Below are positions 40,831 to 54,502 of a stretch of DNA of 64,000 nt, one piece after another. The DNA comes from Eledone cirrhosa (taxonomy: Eukaryota), in assembly GCA_964016885.1 (NCBI GenBank), contig CAXHJY010001565.1, forward strand, positions 19,101-83,100, written 5' to 3'. Within the stretch, counting starts at the first letter, position 1. Every line of letters begins with the position of its first letter. Under the pieces are notes generated by a model. It ran no database searches and was not told where the DNA came from. It saw nothing but the letters and a program-made list of their open reading frames with translations. The translations under genes and the position numbers were made by a program.

Positions 40831-40937
40831 ACATAGTATCATTGTCACTTGTGGTAGTAATAGTTTCTGAATTAGACACCGGGCCAACAATTTAGGGGGG
40901 GGGGGGGCGATTAAATCGACTCCAGTGTGTATTATTA

Positions 40938-41108
40938 CAGGTAAAATTCATTTACAACGAATACCATTATAACGAAATTTTCTTCCATCCCCGAGTTAAT
41001 AACAAATAAACGCTCGATTAATTTCGGTCGATCTCGTTATAAAGAATTTTTCGTTACAGTGAAATTTTTTTTATACCTCGTGAATTTCGTTATAACGGAA
41101 TTTCACTG
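40938..41108. mobile_element. Second copy of the Tc1/pogo-type MITE, inside a SINE
   Basis: Near-identical to 39892-40061; flanked by gattaaatcgactccagtg and ggtactttatttt SINE halves. Confidence 0.75.
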
Positions 41109-41534
41109 TATTATTATTATTAGCTCAGGGTCTTTTATCACCAATACGATACTAATACAGGTACTTTATTTTGCTGCCAGTGTGTTGGCTTTCACGCAAA
41201 AGTATTGGAGAGGGAGGTTTCCGGCACCTCTTATGGTGTGTAATCACACCTTAGTGTTGAATTAATATTGTCTTTCGTTTTGATTCTATAAAATGTTAAA
41301 TATTTATAAGTATTAGAGTCTCCGACACTCCTTGTCGGTGTGATCGATTCACACGTTTTCGTGTTCAATAAACATTTTTTTTCGTTTTGATGCTGTAACT
41401 TTTTGGTGAAATATTTATATTTTAGTGGTGTCACCTCTCAGAAAGATTGCCACTTTCAGAAGATGGATATAAGAACATGTTTATAATAGTGTAAGGAAAA
41501 TCACTGCATAACTGTTAGTAAATATTTCAGGAGC

Positions 41535-42282
41535 AGCTAAATGAAACAAAGTCAGTCACATCTATCAATACATCCCATGTCTTGAGACACACGAGGCAGC
41601 TAAAGTGCTCCACTGACCAAGGTCAGTCACATCTATCAATACACCCCATGTCTTGAGACACAAGAGGCAGCTAAAATGCTCCACTGACCAAGGTCAGTCA
41701 CATCTATCAATACATCCCATGTCTTGAGACACACGAGGCAGCTAAAGTGCTCCACTGACCAAGGTTAGCTACAACTATCAATACACCCCATGTCTTGAGA
41801 CACAAGAGGTAGCTAAAGTGCTCCACTGACCAAGGTTAGTTACGACTATCAATACATCCGATGTATTGAGACACAAGAGGTAGCTAAAGTGCTCCACTGA
41901 CCAAGGTTAGTTACGACTATCAATACATCCCATGTCTTGAGACACAAGAGGTAGCTAAAGTGCTCCACTGACCAAGGTTAGTTACGACTATCAATACATC
42001 CCATGTCTTGAGACACACGAGGCAGCTAAAGTGCTCCACTGACCAAGGTTAGTTACGACTATCAATACATCCGATGTATTGAGACACAAGAGGTAGCTAA
42101 AGTGCTCCACTGACCAAGGTTAGTTACGACTATCAATACATCCCATGTCTTGAGACACAAGAGGTAGCTAAAGTGCTCCACTGACCAAGGTTAGTTACGA
42201 CTATCAATACATCCCATGTCTTGAGACACACGAGGCAGCTAAAATGCTCCAATGACGACGGTTAGTTCTATCTATCAATACA
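41535..42282. repeat. 71-bp minisatellite, ~10.5 copies
   Basis: tctatcaatac at 41561, 41632, 41703 and onward. Confidence 0.95.
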
Positions 42283-42289
42283 TCGTTCC

Positions 42290-42445
42290 GACTTTTGTTG
42301 ATAGGTTTCAGGTCTGTCGATTCGATTGCCTGCCGTCAGGTCACCTTAGGTGGCTTAGGACGTCCTCTTTCCATTGGGGGTATCTACCAATACAGGACCT
42401 AATTAGTATGTCGCTCACTTGAGAGTCATAGAACATGCCCCACCA
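42290..42445 (-). mobile_element. Decayed RTE-like LINE 3' fragment
   Basis: LVGHVL*...VLYW*..P..RGRPK..KVT*RQAIE. Confidence 0.45.
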
Positions 42446-42751
42446 AAACAGTGATCAAAACGTTGACAAACTCGTATCTAAATCCAACGTTTCGTATTTT
42501 ATTTTACGTCTCAAATTATTCCAAGATTCACATATTGGTAAAGATAAATTCATGTAAACATAAACCAATGCCAAATAATTGCAGAATTCGTCCTAAGATA
42601 TTAGAACTACCTATTTATTTAACCTACTATTTTTACAGACGATATTATTTGATTTCTTTAAAAGTAAAGGCGAATGAAGCTGGCTTCATTACTTCAGTGA
42701 AAGAACAACATTGAAAGTTTGTTATGAATTTCAACTTATTTCCTTAGAACG

Positions 42752-42824
<73 letters not shown>

Positions 42825-42919
42825 TGTGTGCGTGTGTGTGTAACGAAAGGTATATTTACTTTTACTTACTTAAATATGGAATGTTACGCGAATTGATTCT
42901 TCCTCTTCTAAGTCTCTTT

Positions 42920-43392
42920 CCCCGCCGAGGTCAACTTTGCCTTTCATCCTTACGGGGTCGATAAAATAAAGTACCAGTAATGCACTGGGTTATTTGCTGG
43001 CCTTGTGCCTAAAGTAGAAACAATTATTTCACATCGCGGTGGATTGGCAGTATCGGTAGAGGGTCGGACGCCATGCTTTCCAGCATAGTTACGTCCCTTT
43101 ACGATCTGAGTTCAAATCCCGCCGAGGTTGACTTTGCCTTTCATCCTTACGGGATCGATAAAATAAAGTACCAGTAATACACTGGGTTATTTGCTGGCCT
43201 TGTGCCTAACGTAGAAACAATTATTTCACATCGGTAGAGGTTCGGACGCCATGCTTTCCAGCATAGTTACGTCCCTTTACGATCTGAGTTCAAATCCCGC
43301 CGAGGTTGACTTTGCCTTTCATCCTTACGGGGTCGATAAAATAAAGTACCAGTAATGCACTGGGTAATTGCTGGCCTTGTGCCTAAAGTAGT
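42920..43392 (+). mobile_element. Three tandem SINE copies (Meta-domain-like)
   Basis: cccgccgaggt.ractttgcctttcatccttacggg.tcgataaaataaagtaccag occurs three times; B-box GAGTTCAAATCC. Confidence 0.8.
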
Positions 43393-43581
43393 ATCTATCC
43401 TTTTCTGGAAGAAATCTGGTGTTTAGACCTGGAGAGAGATGTGCTCCTTCATGTTTTCAAATGCACTAGAAAAGCCACGGCATCCCTATAACTCCATCGG
43501 GTGTTACGAACACACACACACACACACACACACACGATGGCTGCAAACTCACTCTAAGAGTATTGCAATCGCTTGTCAGAT

Positions 43582-44060
43582 TCAGATGTGGGACGCTCGG
43601 ATATGGCTTTTCAAGCCTGCTTGATACTTGCACTCCTTCACACACTGACGAAAACTATGGATCTCCCTGGCTTGAGGTCCCGCATCAGGTTGCCCGTGAA
43701 CCCTCACAACACCGTGGAGATCATAGTTCACTGGTTCTCTTTGAACATGGCAGCGACTGTGGCTCCTGAGACCAGATTTGCTCAAGCAAATCTTTCCACA
43801 CTCAGGGCACTTCAATTCAATGGAGACACCGATCGCTTCGAGAGATACACCAGGGCATTGCTTACACACATCCCGTTTGATCTTCTCGTGCTCTATGTGT
43901 CTGTCCTCAAAATTATGGACCCCATCATTCACCATTCCACGCCAAGTTTCTCTTTCAAGAGCTCCTATCTCCCAGTCAGCCATCATCAAACCATTTTTTT
44001 TCAATGAGTCCTTTACACAATCCTTGAATCGGAGCCTTGGCCACCAGGGCCCATTTTATT
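43582..44060 (-). mobile_element. RTE/BovB-type LINE 3' fragment with C-terminal C2H2 zinc fingers
   Basis: PRLRFKDCVKDSLKK...WE..ALERETWR..V..G...FE...CPECGKICLSKSGLRSHSRCH, then a second degenerate finger C.KECKYQAGLKSHIRASH. Confidence 0.75.
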
Positions 44061-44214
44061 AATTGAGATAGGGTACAACACCCTAAAACCAGCCATGATA
44101 ATAATACACCAAGTGTGCTTGTGTATCGATATATATGGTTTGAATTTGTATAGTTCTCTGTACTAATTGTTCATTGAGTAACTTAATCAATATGCATTTA
44201 TATGTATAGATTTA

Positions 44215-44247
<33 letters not shown>

Positions 44248-44249
<2 letters not shown>

Positions 44250-44820
44250 TTTCTGAATTTGTTTAGCAAGATTCTTTATCTGAAAACGTGTGTTGAAACC
44301 GATATTGTTATACTTTGGGAGGGTCATGTTGCCAATAAGAAACACACGCACCAGTTGCTTTCACTCCAATTTATTATAAATTAAATTTATAAATTTAAGA
44401 ATTTATAAATTTCCGGTTGGTTGGTTGGTTCCACAACCGGACGGTTGTTCAAATATTGTCAAAGTTCTTTCGTCACACATTCTGTGACCTCTTCAGTGAC
44501 TGGATTCTTTTCTCTGTTTTGTGCCTCTCCTTTGTTCTGTCCTACGCCATCTTGTAATAACACAAAAACAAGATGGCGTAGGTCAGGACAAAGGAGAGGC
44601 ACAAAACAAAGAAAAGAATCCCCAGTCACTGAAAAGGTCACAGAATGTGTGACGAAAGAACTTTGACAATATATGAACAACTGTCCGGTTGTGGAACCAA
44701 CCAACCAACCGGAAATTTATAAATTCTTAAATTTATAAATTTAATTTATAATAAATTGGAGTGAAAGCAACTGGTGCGTGTGTTTCTTAATGGCAACATG
44801 ACCCTCCAAAGTATAACAAT

Positions 44821-44822
<2 letters not shown>
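44248..44822. mobile_element. Penelope-like terminus in fold-back arrangement (arms ~44302-44555 and 44568-44822) in (TA)n
   Basis: ~255-bp inverted repeat with a few mismatches; HHR motif in each arm. Confidence 0.75.
44458..44500 (-). ncRNA. Type I hammerhead-like motif (partner at 44625-44667 on + has CTGAAAA)
   Basis: Reverse complement: GTCA-CTGAAGA-G GTCACA GAATG TGTGAC-GAAA-G AA CTT^TGAC. Confidence 0.65.
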
Positions 44823-44859
<37 letters not shown>

Positions 44860-46234
44860 TATACATATATACACACATATACATATATATACACACACAT
44901 ATATATACACACACACATATATACATATATATACACACACATATATATATATACATATATATACACACACATATATATATATACATATATATATACACAC
45001 ACATATATATATATACATATATATACACACACATATATATATACATATATATACACACACATATATATATACATATATATATATATATACATATATATAT
45101 ACACACACATATATATATATATATATACATATATATATACACACACATATATATATATATATACATATATATATACACACACATATATATATATATATAC
45201 ATATCTATATACACACACATATATATATATATATACATATATATATACACACACATATATATATATACATATATATATACACACACATATATATATATAC
45301 ATATATATATATACACACACACATATATATATATATACATATATATATACACACACACATATATATATATATACATATATATATACACACACATATATAT
45401 ATATATACATATATATATACACACACATATATATATATATATACATATATATATACACACACATATATATATATATATACATATATATATACACACACAC
45501 ATATATATATATATATACATATATATATACACACACATATATATATATATATATACATATATATATACACACACATATATATATATATATACATATATAT
45601 ATACACACACATATATATATATATATACATATATATATACACACACATATATATATATACATATATATATACACACACATATATATATATATATACATAT
45701 ATATATACACACACATATATATAATATATATATACACACATATATATATATATATATACATATATATATACACACATATATAATATATATATACATATAT
45801 ATATACACACATATATATATATATATATACATATATATATACACACACATATATATATATATATACATATATATATACACACACATATATATATATATAT
45901 ACATATATATATACACACACATATATATATATATATATACATATATATATACACACACATATATATATATATATACATATATATATACACACACATATAT
46001 ATATATACATATATATATACACACACATATATATATATATACATATATATATACACACACATATATATATATATACATATATATATACACACACATATAT
46101 ATATATATACATATATATATACACACACATATATATATATACATATATATACACACACATATATATATATATACATATATATACACACACATATACATAT
46201 ATACATATATATACACACATATATACATATATAT

Positions 46235-46275
<41 letters not shown>

Positions 46276-46477
46276 TATATATATATACATATATATACAC
46301 ACACACATATATATATATACATATATATATACACACACATATATATATACACACACATATATATATACAACATATATATATATACACATATATATATACC
46401 ACATATATATATACACACACATTATATATATATACACATATATATACACACACACATATATATATATACATATATAT

Positions 46478-46518
<41 letters not shown>

Positions 46519-47395
46519 TATATATATACATATATATACACACACACAATATATATACATATATATACACACACACATATATATATATACATATATATAC
46601 ACACACACATATATATATACATATATATACACACACACATATATATATACATATATATACACACACACATATATATATATACATATATATACACACACAC
46701 ATATATATATACATATATATACACACAACATATATATATATACATATATACACACACATATATATATATATATATACACACACATATATATATATAATAT
46801 ATATACACACACATATATATATATATATATACACACACATATATATATATATATATACACACACATATATATATATATATACACACACACATATATATAT
46901 ATATACACGCACACATATATATATATATCACACACACATATATATATATATACACACACATATATATATATACATACACACACACACATATATATATATT
47001 ATATACATACACACACATATATATATATATATATATACATACACACACATATATATATATATATACACAATATATATATATATATATACACACATATATA
47101 TATATATACACACACATATATATATATATACACACACACATATATATATATATACACACACACATATATATATACACACATATATATATACACACACACA
47201 TATATATATATATACACACATATATATATATATACACACACACATATATATATATACACACACCACACATATATATATATACACACATATACATATATAT
47301 ACACACACATATACATATATTACACACACATATATATATATATACACACACACATATATATATACACACACACATATATATATATATACACACAC

Positions 47396-47426
<31 letters not shown>

Positions 47427-47430
47427 TATA
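44823..47430. repeat. (TA)n/(CA)n compound microsatellite
   Basis: Direct reading. Confidence 0.95.
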
Positions 47431-47771
47431 TGGTGACTTTGGTACAATCACTGTTGGAAACTCCTGTCTCGTTTCCTCTGCACATCTACATCTGTCACCT
47501 CTATACCAATTGGTTTACACTTTGCAGTTGATCATCGCTGTTTTCATATCAACGTGGAGCATAACAGTTTTTGAGCTGTTGAGGTGGGGTATGACGCAGC
47601 AGCCCTAACACGTAAACAAAGGCCATTCAGAAAATAAAGCCAATTTTGAACCCAAGCCAGATATTAATCCGTAAGTTATATGCTCCGCCTGTAATTATTC
47701 CAAATTTACATAAACATACACAAATTAATTCCAATCTCAGTGTTGTTGCTATAAGAAGTTTACTTTCCAAT

Positions 47772-50534
47772 CACAAGGTCCAGGGTTCTAACCCTACATT
47801 TGTCCCTGTAAATAGTTATTTCTCTAAAGTTACACAAGGTCCAGGGTTCTAACCCTACATCTGTCCCTGTAAATAGTTATTTCACCAAAGTTACACAAGG
47901 TCCAAGCTTCTAACCCTACATTAGTCCCTGTAAATAGTTATTTCACCAAAGTTACACAAGGTCCAGGCTTCTAACCCTACATTTGTCCCTGTAAATAGTT
48001 ATTTCTCTAAAGTTACACAAGGTCCAGGGTTCTAACTCTACATTTGTCCCTGTAAATAGTTATTTCTCCAAAGTTACACAAGGTCCTGGGTTGTAACCCT
48101 ACATTAGTCCCTGTAAATAGTTATTTCTCCAAAGTTACACAAGGTCCAGGGTTCTAACTCTACATTTGTCCCTGTAAATAGTTATTTCTCCAAAGTTACA
48201 CAAGGTCCTGGGTTGTAACCCTACCTTAGTCCCTGTAAATAGTTATTTCTCTAAAGTTACACAAGGTCCAGGGTTCTAACTCTACATTTGTCCCTGTAAA
48301 TAGTTATTTCACCAAAGTTACCCAAGGTCCTGGGTTCTAACCCTACATCTGTCCCTGTAAATAGTTATTTCTCTAAAGTTACACAAGGTCCAGGGTTCTA
48401 ACCCTACATTTGTCCCTGTAAATAGTTATTTCACCAAAGTTACACTAGGTCCTGGGTTCTAACCCTACATCTGTCCCTGTAAATAGTTATTTCACCAAAG
48501 TTACCCAAGGTCCTGGGTTCTAACCCTACATCTGTCCCTGTAAATAGTTATTTCTCTAAAGTTACACAAGGTCCAGGCTTCTAACCCTACATTAGTCCCT
48601 GTAAATAGTTATTTCACCAAAGTTACACAAGGTCCAGGCTTCTAACCCTACATCTGTCCCTGTAAATAGTTATTTCTCTAAAGTTACACAAGGTCCAGGG
48701 TTCTAACCCTACATCTGTCCCTGTAAATAGTTATTTCACCAAAGTTACACTAGGTCCAGGCTTCTAACCCTACATTAGTCCCTGTAAATAGTTATTTCAC
48801 CAAAGTTACACAAGGTCCAGGCTTCTAACCCTACATCTGTCCCTGTAAATAGTTATTTCTCTAAAGTTACACAAGGTCCAGGCTTCTAACCCTACATCTG
48901 TCCCTGTAAATAGTTATTTCTCTAAAGTTACACAAGGTCCAGGGTTCTAACCCTACATCTGTCCCTGTAAATAGTTATTTCACCAAAGTTACACTAGGTC
49001 CAGGCTTCTAACCCTACATTAGTCCCTGTAAATAGTTATTTCACCAAAGTTACACAAGGTCCAGGCTTCTAACCCTACATCTGTCCCTGTAAATAGTTAT
49101 TTCTCTAAAGTTACACAAGGTCCAGGCTTCTAACCCTACATCTGTCCCTGTAAATAGTTATTTCTCTAAAGTTACACAAGGTCCAGGGTTCTAACCCTAC
49201 ATCTGTCCCTGTAAATAGTTATTTCACCAAAGTTACACTAGGTCCAGGCTTCTAACCCTACATTAGTCCCTGTAAATAGTTATTTCACCAAAGTTACACA
49301 AGGTCCAGGCTTCTAACCCTACATCTGTCCCTGTAAATAGTTATTTCTCTAAAGTTACACAAGGTCCAGGGTTCTAACCCTACATCTGTCCCTGTAAATA
49401 GTTATTTCACCAAAGTTACACAAGGTCCAGGCTTCTAACCCTACATTAGTCCCTGTAAATAGTTATTTCTCTAAAGTTACACAAGGTCCTGGGTTGTAAC
49501 CCTACATTTGTCCCTGTAAATAGTTATTTCACCAAAGTTACTCAAGGTCCTGGGTTCTAACCCTACATTAGTCCCTGTAAATAGTTATTTCTCCAAAGTT
49601 ACACAAGGTCCAGGGTTCTAACCCTACATTTGTCCCTGTAAATAGTTATTTCTCTAAAGTTACACAAGGTCCAGGGTTCTAACTCTACATTTGTCCCTGT
49701 AAATAGTTATTTCTCCAAAGTTACACAAGGTCCTGGGTTGTAACCCTACATTTGTCCCCGTAAATAGTTATTTCACCAAAGTTACACAAGGTCCAGGCTT
49801 CTAACCCTACATTAGTCCCTGTAAATAGTTATTTCACCAAAGTTACACAAGGTCCTGGGTTGTAACCCTACATTAGTCCCTGTAAATAGTTATTTCACCA
49901 AAGTTACACAAGGTCCTGGGTTGTAACCCTACATTTGTCCCCGTAAATAGTTATTTCACCAAAGTTACACAAGGTCCAGGCTTCTAACCCTACATTAGTC
50001 CCTGTAAATAGTTATTTCACCAAAGTTACACAAGGTCCTGGGTTGTAACCCTACATTAGTCCCTGTAAATAGTTATTTCACCAAAGTTACACAAGGTCCT
50101 GGGTTGTAACCCTACATTTGTCCCCGTAAATAGTTATTTCACCAAAGTTACACAAGGTCCAGGGTTCTAACCCTACATTAGTCCCTGTAAATAGTTATTT
50201 CACCAAAGTTACACAAGGTCCTGGGTTGTAACCCTACATTAGTCCCTGTAAATAGTTATTTCACCAAAGTTACACAAGGTCCTGGGTTGTAACCCTACAT
50301 TAGTCCCTGTAAATAGTTATTTCTCCAAAGTTACACAAGGTCCAGGGTTCTAACCCTAGATTTGTCCCCGTAAATAGTTATTTCACCAAAGTTACACAAG
50401 GTCCAGGGTTCTAACTCTACATTTGTCCCTGTAAATAGTTATTTCACCAAAGTTACTCAAGGTCCAGGGTTCTAACCCTACATCTGTCCCTGTAAATAGT
50501 TATTTCACCAAAGTTACTCAAGGTCCAGGGTTCT
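47772..50534. repeat. 61-bp minisatellite, ~45 copies
   Basis: Unit cacaaggtccagggttctaaccctacatttgtccctgtaaatagttatttctctaaagtta; period 61 (47772, 47833). Confidence 0.95.
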
Positions 50535-51179
50535 TATTTACAGGATTAGGGTCAATTAGGGGTTCCAAGATCTTCTGATAGCAGGGCCGGAATTTCACTT
50601 ACTGAAGCCCTGAAATGCGAGGCCATAATCTTTGATGATTTAGTGTTAAAAAATATAAATTATCGATGAAATAAAAACATATTTTTAAAAATGATTCCCC
50701 TTAGGTTTGTGATCTTTAGTTATAGCTTATAAGTACGACAGCGGTGCTGTTATTAGTGTTAGGGATAACTAGGGCCAGATTTTCACCTTATAAATAAACA
50801 GATCTGACATTCCTGATGATTTCATCCGTATGAAACAGGCTCTAATCTTTGATGATTTAGTGTTAAAGAATAAAAACTAATGATAAAATAAAAATATATT
50901 TGTTGAATGAGGCCCCCGAGGGAATGCAAACGCTGACGGCAATAACACCACTGCCGGGGTCCCGTCTATTATATAGAGTAACTGTCAACATAATACCTCG
51001 GTGAAAGCGGAAAAGGGTGCGATTCGTGGTAGCTTTCGTTTTTTTCTGTTTTCGATAGGGGTACGTGGCTTTGATACCCTATATTTAGCTTATAAGGTAA
51101 GGCCGATCCTTTAAATCATTTTGGAAAGTTCCTTATCTAGTTTCTTTCTCTATCTACACACATTTATTTTATATTTATA

Positions 51180-51460
51180 TTAATTGGTTAAATATACAGA
51201 AAAAGAAAGCAGTATTGGAAAGGACTATAAATAAGAAGGGGGGAGGGTGACAGGTTCTACGCATAGGACAGAACAGTGTTTTAGCTGCACCCCGTGGACT
51301 AAATAGCAAAGGTATTTCCACGGACAATGGCCAACGACATACGCAGCAACAGACAGCCCCACCTTCCTTCCTCAGACGGGCTGCTATTGATCCGATTTTA
51401 CGGAGGAGGTCAGCTGCCCGGGGCCCAAGGATGCGTGACATCTTGACGGTGACCGGTGCA
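51180..51460 (-). mobile_element. CRE-like non-LTR retrotransposon 3' remnant (restriction-like endonuclease C-terminus)
   Basis: APVTVKMSRILGPRAADLLRKIG..., frameshift, LRMSLAIVRGNTFAI*; fits the PxAxETxGxLGxxA...RLSxAxxRGNxxxI motif; T-rich 3' UTR. Confidence 0.55.
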
Positions 51461-51689
51461 AATATGATTTATTTATATTTTCATGCATGCCTGGGGGGGT
51501 CAGTGAATTGTTTAAAGATCCCATGAATGGGTTTATCCTTTGAAAACTTTGTGAGCCCTGATCTGCGTAAAGGAAAAGGGGCCATTATATTATATACATA
51601 CCTTCGAGTGTCAGGATGTCTGGTAAATGGTATAAATCTCTCAAGATGGCTGTAGATGGTCCCCTTGTTGCATTCATCCAGCCTGCAAG

Positions 51690-53475
51690 TGTCTGAGCAT
51701 TCCATAGACACGTTTACCCATAACGTAATTCTCAGAGAAATTCAGCATGACACTGTGCGACAAAGCAGGCCTTTTGAATTACAGGTACAGTCCATCTTAT
51801 ATTATAACTGTTTCTACTTTTGGCACAAGGCCAGCAATTATTCCAGTGCATTACTGGTACTTTATTTTATCGACCGCGTAAGGATGAAAGGCAAAGTCAA
51901 CCTCGTCGGGATATATTATAATTTAAGTCGTTGAGTATTCCACAGATATGTACACACTTAACGTACTTCTCAGGGAGATTCAGCAAGGCTGAAACTTTGA
52001 ATTACGGGTACAACCGGAAGTGGGATATCATGCTCAAGAACGCAAAGCATGACAAGAAATCGAACTCACGATCTTACGGAACCTAACATCTTAAACTTGT
52101 GAACAGCAAAATCAAATAAAAGATAAGGGAAATAACTCTTTCTAAGAATTATTTTGCTTGTATACTCCAAGAGTTAGCTCCCCCTTACGGCTATCCTTTT
52201 TTTTTTTTTACTTTTTTTTACAATGCAGCAGCAAATTGGCAGAATCGTTAGAACACTTTGCGGTATTTGTTTCAACTCGCTATTCTTTGAGTTCAAATCC
52301 CGCCGAGGTCAACTTTGCTTTTTATTCATTCGAGGTAAACAAAAAAAAAAAAATACCAGTCAAGTACTGGGGTTGATTCTTTCTCACTTCCATTCTCTCA
52401 CCCTCTCTCCTTCTCTGGAAGAAATCTGTTGTATTCGGACGTGGCGAGGAGATGGGCTCCACTAAGTTTTAAAATACCCTAGAAAGGCCTTATGTCAATA
52501 CTACACCGTTACCACTGCCCCAGGAGTTATAGGACCATACATCCAATTTTACAATGTGACTGAAAAACAAAATCAATCTTACCCATGTCTTCCTTTACCT
52601 CAGCTTCTTTCCACTTGAAAATCCTGCTATTTCTTCACACCAAAATCAAAATATTATCTTTACCTGTTTCATGGTTATTCAGCTGATCATCAGAAGACTT
52701 ATTCATACCCATCTTTATTGTGGCATGGTGGTTAAGGTGTTGTACTTAAGATGATAATATTGTAGGTTTGATTCCTGTGCTGTATTGTGTTGTGTTGTGT
52801 TGTGTTGTTTTCTGCAGCAAAGCCCTTCATTTCACGTTGCTCCAGTACACTGAGTTACAAATGAGTCCCAGCTGTAGCTGAGAGCTATCCCTGTGATGGA
52901 CTGGTTTCCGGAAAAATTAGTATAAGCACTGGCCTTATGACCCTCTGGGCTTGAAACAGAGAGGTTTTCCTGGCTGTGGCAAGACTAAACAGTCTTCTCT
53001 ACTATATGTTGTCTGAATAGTAAAATAAGACAGGATGGTCACAGTTGGGATAATCATTTTCTTTATTTATTAAATTGATCAACAAGATCCCAGATCTCAT
53101 TTGCTTACCAAGTGGAGTGGAACTCATCAAACTGAACCAAAGAAACAATGTTTCTATTGGTCTTTCCATTGCTGATATTATCTACCAGCTGCAACTCCTG
53201 GCAGATGAAGCAATGTGAAATAAAGTGTCTTGCTCAAGGACATACAACATCACCCAGACTTCATTTGCTTACCAAGTGGGGTGTATCTTGTCAAATCGGA
53301 CCAAGGAAATAATGTTTCCATTGGTCTTTCTATTGCTGATACTATCTGCTGGTCACAACTCTTAGCAGAAGGAGCAACGTAAAATAAAGTATCTTGCTCA
53401 AAGAAACAATGCAATGCCAGGAATCGAACTCACAACCTCATAATTGCAAATCTAATTCTCTAACCACTAAGCCTA
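51690..53475. mobile_element. Cluster of SINE fragments (51690-51790, 51810-51910, 51930-52085, 52230-52375, 52725-52870, 53095-53472)
   Basis: Matches to the SINE heads and central domains seen elsewhere in the window. Confidence 0.6.
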
Positions 53476-53733
53476 CCATATTGTCTGCGTAGTAAAATAA
53501 GATGGAATGGTCACACCTGGAATATCTTTTCATCAGAGGTCTCCACAATCAGTGCCCGACCTGGGGCTAAACAAAAACACCAACACCATTGAGGTTAAGG
53601 AGTTTGCTGGCATCCATATGGTTTATGAGTTTGGTGCCACTGTATGGCATATTAGGTAAATGTCTTCTACTATGGCCTTGTCTGCTTCGAACAGTACACC
53701 ACCTGTAACTGTTGTTACACACTTAACATATAA

Positions 53734-53768
<35 letters not shown>

Positions 53769-53772
<4 letters not shown>

Positions 53773-54281
53773 GGGGCTTAAAAAAAAATTTATGGAAAAA
53801 GTAGATAACTAAAAATCATGAGCAATGATTTTGATCTCAATGTACCTGTATGTTCTCGTACTAACGTGTCATAATATGTTCTAACACGAACCCTTAAAGT
53901 ACATGTTGTAGTGCCAGTCGGAAGTCAGCACCCACTCAAGCAACATGGGCTCCATCAAAACATCAAATTCATGGTAAAGATAGGGTCGAAGAGCAGCCAA
54001 AATCAATGACACTCTGTAGCAAGTTTATGGGGACAATGCCCCAAATAAATCAACAACCTACAAATGGATAAGTTGTTTTAGAAGTGGAAGAGATGAGATT
54101 GAAGATGATCCCCAGTTGAAGATGTGAAAAATGCTGCTTTCACATGGATTAATCACAAGGCCCTTAGTTTTACACAGATGGACTTAAAGGCTGGTATCAA
54201 CACTTGTGGAAGTATTGACCAAGATGGATAAAACTTTTTTTCCATTTGTCCTTTTTCCTTGAATGTTTTGAAGCACTCTCG
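53769..54281 (+). mobile_element. Internally deleted mariner transposon, Hsmar2-like (irritans subfamily)
   Basis: TIR remnants TA|TGAGGGGGCTTAAAAA..TTTATGGAAAA and TTTTCCTTGAATGTTTTGAAGCACTCTCG|TA; IKFMVKIG...VYGDNAP..STTYKWISCFRSGRDEIEDDP. Confidence 0.7.
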
Positions 54282-54502
54282 TATATATATATATAACATC
54301 CACGATCAGCCAGTCATATATATATATTATATATATATATATACACATGCAACATCAGACATCCACTATCAGCCAGTCTATATATATATATATATATACA
54401 CATGTAACATCAGACAACCACTATCAGCCAGTCTATATATATATATTATATATATATATATACACATGCAACATCAGACATCCACTATCAGCCAGTCTAT
54501 AT

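Noticed and set aside
43582-44004. Host C2H2 zinc-finger gene
   Set aside because: The fingers follow RTE C-terminal motifs (RFKD..K..LK, R..WR), so they belong to a LINE fragment.
47772-50534. Telomere-like CTAACCCT in the 61-bp unit
   Set aside because: Single motif per unit, never tandem (TTAGGG)n.
50813-50845. Additional complete hammerhead
   Set aside because: CTGATGA...GAAAC is present but stems I and III are missing; kept only as a truncated remnant.
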